DNA of 64,000 bases from positions 1,824,001 through 1,888,000 of the forward strand of contig CM000208.1 of NCBI GenBank assembly GCA_000002445.1, read 5' to 3'. Made by a program: the position numbers and the translations under genes. Within the stretch, counting starts at the first letter, position 1; the number at the start of each line of letters is the position of its first letter. Below the pieces are notes generated by a model, which saw nothing but the letters and a program-made list of their open reading frames with translations, was not told where the DNA came from and ran no database searches. Origin of the DNA: Trypanosoma brucei (lineage: Eukaryota). Below are positions 40,599 through 50,637 of this stretch, in pieces.

Positions 40599-42945
40599 TT
40601 TTGTCCTTCCTAAATGACATAAACAAAGTTCGTGAACGATCGCAGAGACAAATAGAGCAGGTGCCGATTAATCGAGGTTTCATACGAATGTTTTTTTTAA
40701 AAAAAAAAAAAGGACTCAACGTAATAATTAAAAAAAGACGGTAATGCAGGTACTCTGAAATGTCGTCCTCGTCGTGACGAAACCGTTCAAAAGTATGTAA
40801 GGATTTAAATACATATGCCTCCGCTCACACATGCGACTAGTTTCAGCGACAAAGTGGATAGAAACGAGATGAACAGCTGATCCCTCATATATTTAGGGAC
40901 CCACCTTTAAAAATAAAAAAACTCCCTGTTCAAGGTGTGCTTGTACCGTACAAAGACCAGTGTTCTCATATAATACCTACCAATCCGCAAACTGATAGAC
41001 TCATCATTCCCAACGATGTTCCACAAAACGATAATGAAAATAGTCAGCGTAGGAAACAACGAAAAGCTCCTAGAAGGGGATCCTCATCTCCCACGGTTGT
41101 AACATAAAGAAAACAAGGTTAGTGGCTGTTCACAAATCCCTCATGAACGTTTCTTCTTTACGCACTCCGAAAAAAAAAACAGTTGACAGGTTAAGCATAA
41201 ACGCGAGACTAAAAGAAGTCAAAAATTCAACCTCGTTTTTTTTTTCTCACACCCCACTCTGCACTAAATATTCCTTGCAAACCTGAGTCACGGTAGTTTC
41301 ACGCTTTGAGCAAGGCTCACATTGAACAAAGCTGGAACTCCCTCCGTCAAGGGGGGGGAAATACTCTTGGAACTCTTTCACACGTGCACAACAAACAGCA
41401 GCCTTCCCTTTCGACACATCGTACCCTAAGTGGAAGGAGGCGGTGTGAAAAACCTCCTGTAAATAGCTTTCTAGCTTCGTGGCACGTAGTATACATGTTT
41501 AAGATCAAATAGCAACAATGAGACAGAAAACAATACCTCATCATACACACCTTTGAGGAGACTCTCTCTAAAACTCTCCCACAGTGTGTTAGATCATCTA
41601 GACGGGTTCTTGTTTAAATCCAGAAATGGTATGACAACGCAGGTACAATACTCTTTTGGTGAAGAGAACAAGACGGTATAAAACTGCACGGAGAAAACCG
41701 TATACTGGTACCTCGAACCTGCCCCATCCTTACTCAGAACGCTCACAGTGAAGAGACGGGGCTGCCATTGAAGCGCCCTTATGAAATGCCGTTCTACAAT
41801 GGAACACGAAACTGACGAGTCTTATGGGAAGGGGTGCAGTTACTCAACGGATATCCTCAGTTATTCAAAGAAAGGGGGAAACTGCTGGTCCTCCCCGAGG
41901 CCTCCCTTTGGCACTTAAGGCATAAAAGACACACTAAGAGATGACATTAACAGACCCAGGAGCGGAGGTACGCTCGGTGCGGAAGCGACGACAGCTTCAA
42001 GTCAAAGTCATGAGTACACGGCATCCGGTAGCGCGGAAATAGGTACACCGCCCCGCGGAAGACCCACTCCCTTAGAGTCAAACGAAAGAACCCCTTCACA
42101 ACCGCTTAACCACCCCTACCCCATTACCCACGGCAACTGAACCACACGTTTACACGCCCACGCACATGTGCATCCACCGCCAGCCCCGGGACACACCGCA
42201 ATGCACGAACAAACCAGAGAAGGGCAGCGACTAGAGCAGACCACTGGGGAGCAAAGACACCCGCAGCACCAGAAATCCAGTTCAAGCCTTCGTGCCCAAA
42301 AGAACGAGATTCTGATAACAGTCAGACACTGACAAACTGACGCGGAACATGAACCGGTGCCGTAGCGATGCAGCACCAACCGAACCGACGTGCCAATCGC
42401 CGCCGACCTATCGCAACCAAACAACAGCCTGGCAACCTGACGCTCCGCTTACGGAAACAGAACTATCCTTCTTTCGGTGATGGAACGGGGGTCAGACATG
42501 AGAGCGTCAAGGTCGAGAGGAGGCAACCAACGTCAATGACCGAAAACAGACACGGCGCAGCAAGCCCCGCCCACCCACAGTCCAGCAAAGCAAATACCGC
42601 TCCCCAGCAGCAAGTGCCGATTAAAGGATCAAACAAGCATCTATTTCTACAATTTTCTATCCTTTTCAAAAATACGTTGTGGTTCATACAAATGTGAGGT
42701 GTAACGTAAACCGACGGCACCGGTTAATTCCAGCCGGCAGGCTCGTACCCAATGGAAGGGATATGGAGAAAATTAGAAAAGTAAAAATGTTTTGAAATAT
42801 GTCTTTCGAACCTCTTACATAGCTACGAAGGCAGTTGCAGAAACCGACGAGGACGGCGTTTATCTTGTTTTGTTTCCTAAAAATAAAAACGTTATTTTGT
42901 TAGATTGTAGCCTGTTTCTATGGGTATTTTGGCTTTCCAGGGGGC

Positions 42946-43065
42946 AAGCCTTGCGCAGGGAGGTGTGAACGCAAGATCCTCAGGTGATTGTTCACTAGTG
43001 CAATACTATATCCGGTACTCCTTCGGGGAAAGTTTGCTACCCACCACGGGTGGGAGGTCCTTTTT
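42946..43065 (+). ncRNA. U4: U4 snRNA gene (spliceosomal)
   Basis: The 5' end AAGCCUUGCGCAGGGAGGUGUG matches the U4 5' region that forms U4/U6 stem II (human AGCUUUGCGCAGUGGCAGUAUCG). Stem-loops follow (UCCUUCGGGGA; CCCACCACGGGUGGG). The transcript ends in a T5 run (43061–43065) typical of Pol III termination. The 5' and 3' ends are approximate (+/- a few nt). Confidence 0.7.
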
Positions 43066-43514
43066 CGTCTGCGGACAGATGCAGTTTCTTTTTTCTTACG
43101 GGCTGCCTTGTGAATGCTGCGGCCCTAAAAGGCGAGTGACGCATATGGCCATTAACTGGACAAAGTGTAAGAGCTGAGCTGGGCCACACCCTTCCTCCCA
43201 TTGTACACCCCTCTTTCAGCATTTCGAGCTCCAACTGAAGCCGTGACTGTTTCCGTTAAGTTTTTCCACTTTTCCCCACAGTGCACAGGCAGTCTCTACA
43301 CAGCGTGTCAACATCGGTTTCGCTGAAGAGAAAACTGCCTCTGCGAAAAAAAAAATTTTGACCGTTAGTTGGGAAACCCTACCTTTTTTAACACCCCCAC
43401 TGTGTATAGTTTACCGCGGCCACCGGCGAAGGCCGACCGCTCCGACGCCCTTGCAGTAGTATGAAGAAGTAAAAAATAAGTTCTGACAAATTTTATCCCC
43501 TGTACCGCGTCGAA

Positions 43515-43585
43515 GCGCAGTTGGTCTAGTGGTAGAATTCTCGCCTGCCACGCGGGAGGCCCGGGTTCGATTCCCGGACTGCGCA
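43515..43585 (+). tRNA. tRNA-Gly (anticodon GCC)
   Basis: GCGCAGT-TGGTCTAGTGGTAGAATTCTCGCCTGCCACGCGGGAGGCCCGGGTTCGATTCCCGG-ACTGCGC-A. 7-bp acceptor stem, A box TGGTCTAGTGG, anticodon loop CUGCCAC, B box GGTTCGATTCC. Near-identical to eukaryotic tRNA-Gly-GCC outside the acceptor stem. A short T-run follows downstream. Confidence 0.93.
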
Positions 43586-45574
43586 GACTTTTCACGGCTC
43601 CACTTTACCCAAACGATAATAGTCTACCGCCGGGAAAATCACAGATGCAGCCGGCCTCGGGGCAAAAGCTGGCCGGTCGCAGCCCTTTTGGGCGTAGACG
43701 CTGGACACGCGCGCAACCAACATTGGTTGCAGCAGCGCCTCCAAAGTGACGGCGGGAAGTGGAACGGCGTGGACGAAACAAGGCTGCCAGCCGCGGGCGA
43801 TAGCGGGACAAACGGCTTCAACCACAAAGTTTCTGCCCGCGGTTCTGAAAACGCTTTCCTGCACCGAGTCGAGGCCTTCGTGCCTCACCAACTGGGGGAC
43901 ATATCGTGTGCCGTGCTGCCATACCTTGGGTCGGCGATTCCCCCGCGGTTAACTGTTGGAGCGTGAGGGACTGCGGGCGCACCCGCAACTCAGGATGACG
44001 GAAAAGTGGAAACGGAATGGCGGTGGGTTGCTGTTTGGGATCGAAAATCCGGGTTTACAAATCAAGAGACACTTCGGTCTCCATAAACACATGCGGGAGA
44101 GCTTTTCATGGTGATATAAAGAGTAGGGGGAACCCCTCTGCCCGAGGACAGCGAGAGTTAACGCCGGGGAACTAGAGCACTTCAGCCACGCCCCGACGCA
44201 TACCTTTTCCGGCATTTGGATGATGAGTATAAAGGATGGCTGCGCAGGAAAACAATTGGAAACTGGCAACCGCAATCGCATGGACGCGGAAAAGGAAAAG
44301 GATGTCCTGCCCAGCGCACATTCGCTGGCGGTGCGTGGGAGGCTGCTGCTGAGGGTAGTGAGGGGTTCAGTTTCTCTCTAAAGAACACCGGCGGCGAAAA
44401 TACTATACTCCGTGCAAGGATATAAAAAAGGTGGAAAAAAGGGACCGCAAACGACAAACGGAGCAACAGTATTTCCACCCACCAACCCCCGCGAAAGTTT
44501 AGGTACGTGGAGAAGGAAATCCCCGGGGCGACAGCTTACAGAAAATGCCTGCGACGCGTTGATTATTATCCCCTAAGTCTGCTGTTTACACACACGCACA
44601 CACATACACAAAAGGAATGCAGTTCCCTAAGAGGCCCCGGAATATAGATTTTTTCTTTCATTATTACTCGCCGCATCACCTCACTTATTCTAACCTTTCT
44701 ACAAACTCTCTTTATACTAAAAAGCGCCCCCAAAGAGCATCTTCACCCACAACGTGCAGCACGCTCAAGGCACAGTGGCTGGGCTCTCCTCAGCACTCCC
44801 CTATCGAGCTCTCCTTTACTTTCGGTACGCGTGCGAACGGCGAAATAGTTGCTGGCATGCGTCTTTAGCGGCGCACCCTCCCTTTTGTCCCGGAATTTGC
44901 AAACCCACCGCCTTATGCACTCAACAAGCTGCTTCAGATTAACCTTACCGGTTGACCTTTCCCCTCAGCGCCGTAGCGAGCCGGAGCTCACACCGGAGAG
45001 CACGGAAGCAAATACACAGACAGTAAGGAAGGCAAACACGCGAGCCGCAAGTGACCGCGATCAGGCGAGCCAAACCACTTACGCTTCATGAGTTTTGTAG
45101 TACGGGTGTGAACGATGCCCTCAGCCCTGCATAAACACTCAATGACAGCATAGCGCAGCGCCGGTCCGTAGTCGAACGCATCCCACCGCACCGAACACCG
45201 CAGCGACCATGGAGAAGTCCGAGGGCGTTGGAAAAGTCACGCGCTGTGCACGTGGGTTACGTTGGACGCACGTGCACGCTCAGCAACCCATTCACTGGGA
45301 ACGAACTCATGCCTTCTGTTCTACAAAGGTGAGAGGGGAGAAGACACAGCTACGGGCATACGCCAGCAAAAAAGTATTCATACAAGCTTCCAGCGAGTCA
45401 AGAAATTTTAAAAAAAAAACACGAGGTACTTGGAGAACAACATACGAAGGGATGATGGCTCGATCCCGCCTCACAAACAACGAGCATAGATAAGTTATGT
45501 TCTACATGTTTCCTCATCTGCAAACCAAGGGCTGCCAAGGAAGATCGGGGCAGAAACTGTGTATTTTTCTCCTT

Positions 45575-47044
45575 TCAAATAACAGCTAAAAAGTGGTCGG
45601 TAGCGACGATCGCATGCCCCCCTGAAAGAGCGTACTCGCAGGAGTCATCGTCAACTTCGCGGTCTTGGAGAAGCTTATCCGCACGCGCGACGGCAGCAAC
45701 GGACAAACGCTCACCGCCCTGAACAGCCTCGACGCTTTGGCCCTCACCCTGAAGAAAAAGAAGGGACTTATTTGATGCGTCCTTTCCTGGGATGAGAAGA
45801 ACCACGAAGTGATTAAAGCAAACTAGTCGGACCTCACTTCGCGCGGCTTCGAGCAAAGCATCTCCTGCAAGCGACGGAAAGGTGGTCTTGATGGCCACCC
45901 CCAACCTCTCTGACCACCGCATTTTCCCAAACCAAGTGGACTCTCGTTTGTCCTTTATCCAACGGCCGAGTGCTCCGTACCTATCCATCCTCTGTTGCTG
46001 ACCATCACCAATGCAACGACTTCGAGAAATAGGAAGGCCGCACGATAGCCAGTCCATGTCGCTTGTGAGCAAGACTGAACGATTGGCCGAGCACCAGATC
46101 GACACAATGCGTGCTTCTCCTGGCCCCAGTTCCGGACTTATACGCTCTACACGAAGCGGAAAATACATGCTTTCCGCTGACCCCCAAGCGGCCCTCAGCG
46201 TTTTGATAGCATACGAATCCAAATTTTCATTCCCCCTTGGTTGAGGTGAAACGGAACGGATAGTAACGGGGGTTGGTGTACCAACAGCTTTCGTGGAGCC
46301 GAGGCCGAGTTGCCCGCTGGTATTGTCTCCGAAGGCCAGTAGTTTTCCAGTTTGCAGTAACACGAAGGAGTGATTCCCCGCCGCGGCGATTTGCCTTATC
46401 GGCAGTCCGAAAAGGAGGCGGATAGATTTGAACGACGCCTGTAATGGGGGTTTTCGCTTCCCACCCAGTTGGCCACTCAGACCAAGGCCACAACCGTACA
46501 CCGCGTTGCACTTCCTTGTCATCAGCAACGTGTGATGGGATCCGCAAGACACAGCAGTAATTGGCACACAAAGGCGCCTACCTTCAATCACGTCTCCTCC
46601 ATCGACATCGTAACTACCGTTACCGAAGCCACTGATCATCTTCGGGGCAGAAAGTGCTGGAACCCTGTCGTCACTGTCTTCGCCACCTTCCGCTTTGTGA
46701 CTGGTCCACACACTGCCGTCGCCCAACTGCCCATAAATGTTACTGTAACCAAATGAATGCACAGTTCCGTCTTCCTTGCAAAAGACGATGTGTGTGTCAC
46801 CGGCTGCAACATCCTTAACGTTATCCTCCCCATTTTGCACGGTGCTTCCGTGATATTCGGGGGACCCCGGGGCCAACAATATCAAACAACCACTTCTGAA
46901 CAGGGCGACTCCGTAGTGTTTCGCGCAATACGCCACCTTCAGAAGTGTATCACCCGCCTCTAGGCGTTTTCCGAGAATTTCTATCGTCTCTTCACGACCA
47001 TATGTGGCGGCCGAACATGCGCCAACCACAGCATAAGGCGCCAT
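45575..47044 (-). CDS. RCC1-repeat (beta-propeller) protein
   Basis: Repeated RCC1 signatures: YGQLGDGS, SGQLGGK, TSGQLGLGS, HSFVLLQTGKLLAFGDN, HTLLMTRKCNAVYGCGLG. Confidence 0.8.
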   Translation of the reverse strand: MAPYAVVGACSAATYGREETIEILGKRLEAGDTLLKVAYCAKHYGVALFRSGCLILLAPGSPEYHGSTVQNGEDNVKDVAAGDTHIVFCKEDGTVHSFGYSNIYGQLGDGSVWTSHKAEGGEDSDDRVPALSAPKMISGFGNGSYDVDGGDVIEGRRLCVPITAVSCGSHHTLLMTRKCNAVYGCGLGLSGQLGGKRKPPLQASFKSIRLLFGLPIRQIAAAGNHSFVLLQTGKLLAFGDNTSGQLGLGSTKAVGTPTPVTIRSVSPQPRGNENLDSYAIKTLRAAWGSAESMYFPLRVERISPELGPGEARIVSIWCSANRSVLLTSDMDWLSCGLPISRSRCIGDGQQQRMDRYGALGRWIKDKRESTWFGKMRWSERLGVAIKTTFPSLAGDALLEAARSEVRLVCFNHFVVLLIPGKDASNKSLLFLQGEGQSVEAVQGGERLSVAAVARADKLLQDREVDDDSCEYALSGGHAIVATDHFLAVI

Positions 47045-47297
47045 ATTTCTAACTACAGTCCCCGCAACAACTCTAAAATAAAGGCAAGAAAAACCAAGAA
47101 CAATAGTGCCGTCTGCCGGCTGGTAAGGGCTCCGCGATTGGGGACCAGCGAAGCTGGTTGACGCGACCTTTTTGATAATACAAACACGGACACACGGAAA
47201 AAGCTGTTGTAGTTAGCATGAAGATATTTGTTGGTCAGCTGGCACCAACACCATGACTCAGTACCCCTACTTCCTGCAACGTCTTGTTCCCCAGCAC

Positions 47298-48800
47298 TTA
47301 AGACCCTTGCGAGTCATACAAATTCACAATGTCGGAAACCAAAAAAAACGACCCCGTAACAAACACTTGAACTGGTTTTGACGTGTCTTCGTCATCGCTA
47401 GATGCCGCAGAAACAACTTCAACGACCTCCTCTACCGACACGAACGGTGCCGCCCGTGAAAAGCAAGGGACTGCCCCACACAGCGTCTTCCAACATCTTA
47501 TTAGTCCGGTGGCTTTGTCCTGAGTGTAAGCGTCAGAGTTGTTCTTCCATATCTCCCTCATTCCCTTTGGATCGAGAGCACAAACGAATACGGCCTTGGA
47601 GAAGCTATCAACAAAGGGTCTGAACGCCTCGACAATACGTTCTGGCTGCCGTGACGAGTACATCAACAGGACACGCCTCGGCTTGCTATCACAAGTCCTC
47701 TTGGTGCTTTCCTTCACAAACCAGCGGGTGGCGCACCTTAAGCTTTCATACGTGTGCGCACCATCTAAATAGAAGGTGCCTTTGCTCCCATCACCAACAG
47801 GCAAAACCTGCGAGCGACCCATCACTGTCGTCCTTTGAAGTACGTGGCGCTCGACATCGTCAAGCGGTTGTGTGAGTGGGATTCCCATCACACTGCGCGC
47901 CGCCAACAAGGCTAACCGTGAATTCTCCACAGCGTGCTCCCCTCCAATTGATAGGCAGGGCCACCCATCCGTCGGCACCGCAACGTCATCCGCGAATACC
48001 AATGGCGAGTCTACCCCCTCGGCATAATCTTTAAGCACCCGACGGGTGGATGGGTGATCGCCTTGAGGAGCGGCATAACAAACGACACCAGGTTTCATGA
48101 TGCCGGCTTTTTGCAGTGCAATTTCCTCCACCGTATCGCCTAATATTTCCGTATGGTCGATACCAAGAGCTGTTATCACGCTTGCCTCAGGAATGATGAT
48201 GTTTGTTGGGTCGCGGCTGCCCCCGATACCAACTTCCACCACAGCTACGTCAACACTCTCGCCTGCGAAAGCAACCAACGAAACCAAAAACATCAGGCAG
48301 AAGAAACTGCATGGTGCCGGGAGGTCCCAAGTCACCTCCTTGTCCGCACCAGCAAGCTCCACGAAACAATCTACAACTTGGAAAAAATAGTGTACAAATG
48401 TGTCCATTGGGAGAACTTCATTGTTAACCATAATGCGCTCTCGAACATCCTTAACATGGGGTGATGTAAAGAGGCCAACCTTGAGCCCATAGGCCTCTAG
48501 GAGCGCTGCCGTATAGGACGCCGTGGTGCCTTTTCCTTTCGTCCCCGCCACATGAACGAAACGGAGCGTGTCAAGGCAGCGCCGCATATTGAGACGCTCA
48601 ACGAGCAACCCGACCAGCTCAGCGCTCTTACCCGAGGTGTTAGCAAGCGTGCGATTTCTGTACGTTGGGTTCACAACTCTCAACGTTAACTCATACATAA
48701 CACGCAGCACATCGTCATATGAGCGCTGGGAACCCGTACAACCTCCCTTCGCACCGAATAACGCTCTCGCTGCGGCGGGGAGGCGGTGCCACGCAGTCAT
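47298..48800 (-). CDS. FPGS: Folylpolyglutamate synthase / dihydrofolate synthase family
   Basis: VHVAGTKGKGTTASYTAALLEAYGLKVGLFTSPHV is the FPGS P-loop/Mur-ligase motif. Also GIDHTEILGDTVEEIALQKAGIMKPG and DGAHT. Confidence 0.85.
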   Translation of the reverse strand: MTAWHRLPAAARALFGAKGGCTGSQRSYDDVLRVMYELTLRVVNPTYRNRTLANTSGKSAELVGLLVERLNMRRCLDTLRFVHVAGTKGKGTTASYTAALLEAYGLKVGLFTSPHVKDVRERIMVNNEVLPMDTFVHYFFQVVDCFVELAGADKEVTWDLPAPCSFFCLMFLVSLVAFAGESVDVAVVEVGIGGSRDPTNIIIPEASVITALGIDHTEILGDTVEEIALQKAGIMKPGVVCYAAPQGDHPSTRRVLKDYAEGVDSPLVFADDVAVPTDGWPCLSIGGEHAVENSRLALLAARSVMGIPLTQPLDDVERHVLQRTTVMGRSQVLPVGDGSKGTFYLDGAHTYESLRCATRWFVKESTKRTCDSKPRRVLLMYSSRQPERIVEAFRPFVDSFSKAVFVCALDPKGMREIWKNNSDAYTQDKATGLIRCWKTLCGAVPCFSRAAPFVSVEEVVEVVSAASSDDEDTSKPVQVFVTGSFFLVSDIVNLYDSQGS

Positions 48801-49155
48801 TCCTGGAAGGGGAGACAGCGCCGTTACAACCTAATCTAGAATAGAGGTGGGTGATCCCTCCTATCAGAGCCACACGAAGCTCTAATATCTATACCCTAAA
48901 TCAAAAAATGGAAGTAAGTGCGTGCGATTGTGTGCGTGTATTAATCGGTGAATCTGACAGATGTTCTGCGGTACACACATCCGTAACTGTTACCCTTGCA
49001 GTCACTGAAATTATCGCTACAGTCATCAGTAGTTGGCCCTCGAGGTGAACCTGCGCGCAGCTGCACGACGCCGCCAAACCACGAACTTCACCCCCAAACC
49101 CTCATGGGTCAAAGAGTGGCTCGCCCCATTCCTCAAAACTCCGCAGGTCGCACAT

Positions 49156-49605
49156 TCAGTTCAGCCTCCTTCGTTTTGACAGTTTCCACTGTAAGGGCGC
49201 AAAGCAACCCTTACGCTCTCCAAAAGCCGAGAACTGGAATACTTTACCCTGCATCCAAATACTAAACGCACGGTGTTTGCGGTCGTCAGATCTACGTGAG
49301 ACCCAAACTGGCAGAAAACAAAGGACGAAAAAAATCATTAAAAAGAAAAAAGACAACAACGCCGGGAAGGCAGTACTCCCTTCCCCACTATAATCATGTT
49401 TACCATACTCAACCACACCATTCACTTGGTACAAAAATTGAAGGTGCTGCAAAACCTGGCGCGCATCGGCGCAGCACTCGCCGAAGCACATCTGATCCGG
49501 GAACCCGCGGCGGGCGTACCTCACCGCCGCATCACCTAAATACTCATTCCCCTTTCGATGCTCTTGACTGCTGTTTGGGCAACCAACCCGGCGCAGAGCG
49601 TCCAT
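49156..49605 (-). CDS. Hypothetical protein (149 aa), one predicted TM segment
   Basis: ORF on the array strand between FPGS and the FAN1-like gene. No domain recognised; could be spurious. Confidence 0.25.
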   Translation of the reverse strand: MDALRRVGCPNSSQEHRKGNEYLGDAAVRYARRGFPDQMCFGECCADARQVLQHLQFLYQVNGVVEYGKHDYSGEGSTAFPALLSFFFLMIFFVLCFLPVWVSRRSDDRKHRAFSIWMQGKVFQFSAFGERKGCFAPLQWKLSKRRRLN

Positions 49606-50637
49606 AAACCGCCCTTAAGGCCCGCGAACTCCCCTTCATCCCCTTTAAGCACCGCGTCCTCACACCAGGAACAACGCCCTCTACAAAGGCTCCGCAAACC
49701 GCCGCGTCTCCGTGCTGATAAGAGGAATTTTTTGAAAGTCTGCGATTCCCTTCCGCGGTGACTTTCTATCCCCCCTTGACCTTTACCGCGGCATTCATTT
49801 TGGAATATGTTCTTTACTCGGCGATGCACCCATCATGCCCCCACCTAGATAAAACTTTTACGAGCGCATTATTTGATACTGACCGTAAGCGACGCACAAG
49901 TTCAACAAATTACCGCCCAGTGAAGTGGTCTCGTAAGAAGCAAAGGGTGCTGACATCAGTTGACCAAATAGTACGAACAACCTCCTCGTTCGTTGACTAT
50001 AAAGATCCCCTCACGCTGCATGAAAAATACTAAAATATCTTAACCATTCCACATACCTCATCCACACGCGAGCCCGTGACAACGCAATAACACTATGTAG
50101 AACCTGTCAGTGATCGGGCTGTTAAAAAAAAAAATGCTCCGCCCACTGAACGAAACAGTGGGGGTTCCCTCCATGCCGATTTGGGTGCCATGCGTCACCC
50201 CTGATTCCACGCAACTGCACAATGCCGCGACGCGCACAGTCAAACACCGTCTGCAGCGTTACGTTTTATTCGTTGAGAAACCACCCCACCGCATTTTATC
50301 ACGTAAAAAGTCTCCCTGCCGTTTGCGAGGGCACAAAGATGCCTCGTGGGGAGCCGCTGCCCGAGGGGTCAGCTGCGTGGAACAAGGGGGAAAAATACTT
50401 TATGCGAGAAAAATATCCGTTTATCATCAGCTTACACCTACATGCACAACCATCACCTTTAACGGAATGTCACCCACACACCCACCCCCGCCATCACACG
50501 ACGCATAAAAAACATTCGGATTGTAGAGAACCGAAAGGCGTAGCAGAGGGCCCGAAAGTGAGAACTAATGCATCTTCTCCCTTTCCCTTCACTAGAGATC
50601 TCCCTTTCTGTAGTGTGTTGTCATGGCGGTAAAGGAG

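Noticed and set aside
40222-40617. Pro-rich 131-aa plus-strand ORF (…[16 protein letters not shown]…)
   Set aside because: It is the antisense translation of the fibrillarin GAR (RGG) domain. The Gly codons read in reverse give Pro.
43365-43595. 76-aa minus-strand ORF (…GIEPGPPAWQARIL…)
   Set aside because: It is the antisense reading across the tRNA-Gly gene and its flanks, not a protein.
43590-44520. GC-rich stretch downstream of tRNA-Gly inspected for a second tRNA or a 7SL/U-snRNA-like gene (e.g. ggatcgaaaatccgggtt at about 44040)
   Set aside because: Only partial B-box-like matches were found. No cloverleaf could be assembled by eye and no snRNA motif was recognised. It is left as part of the uncharacterised gap, not a feature.
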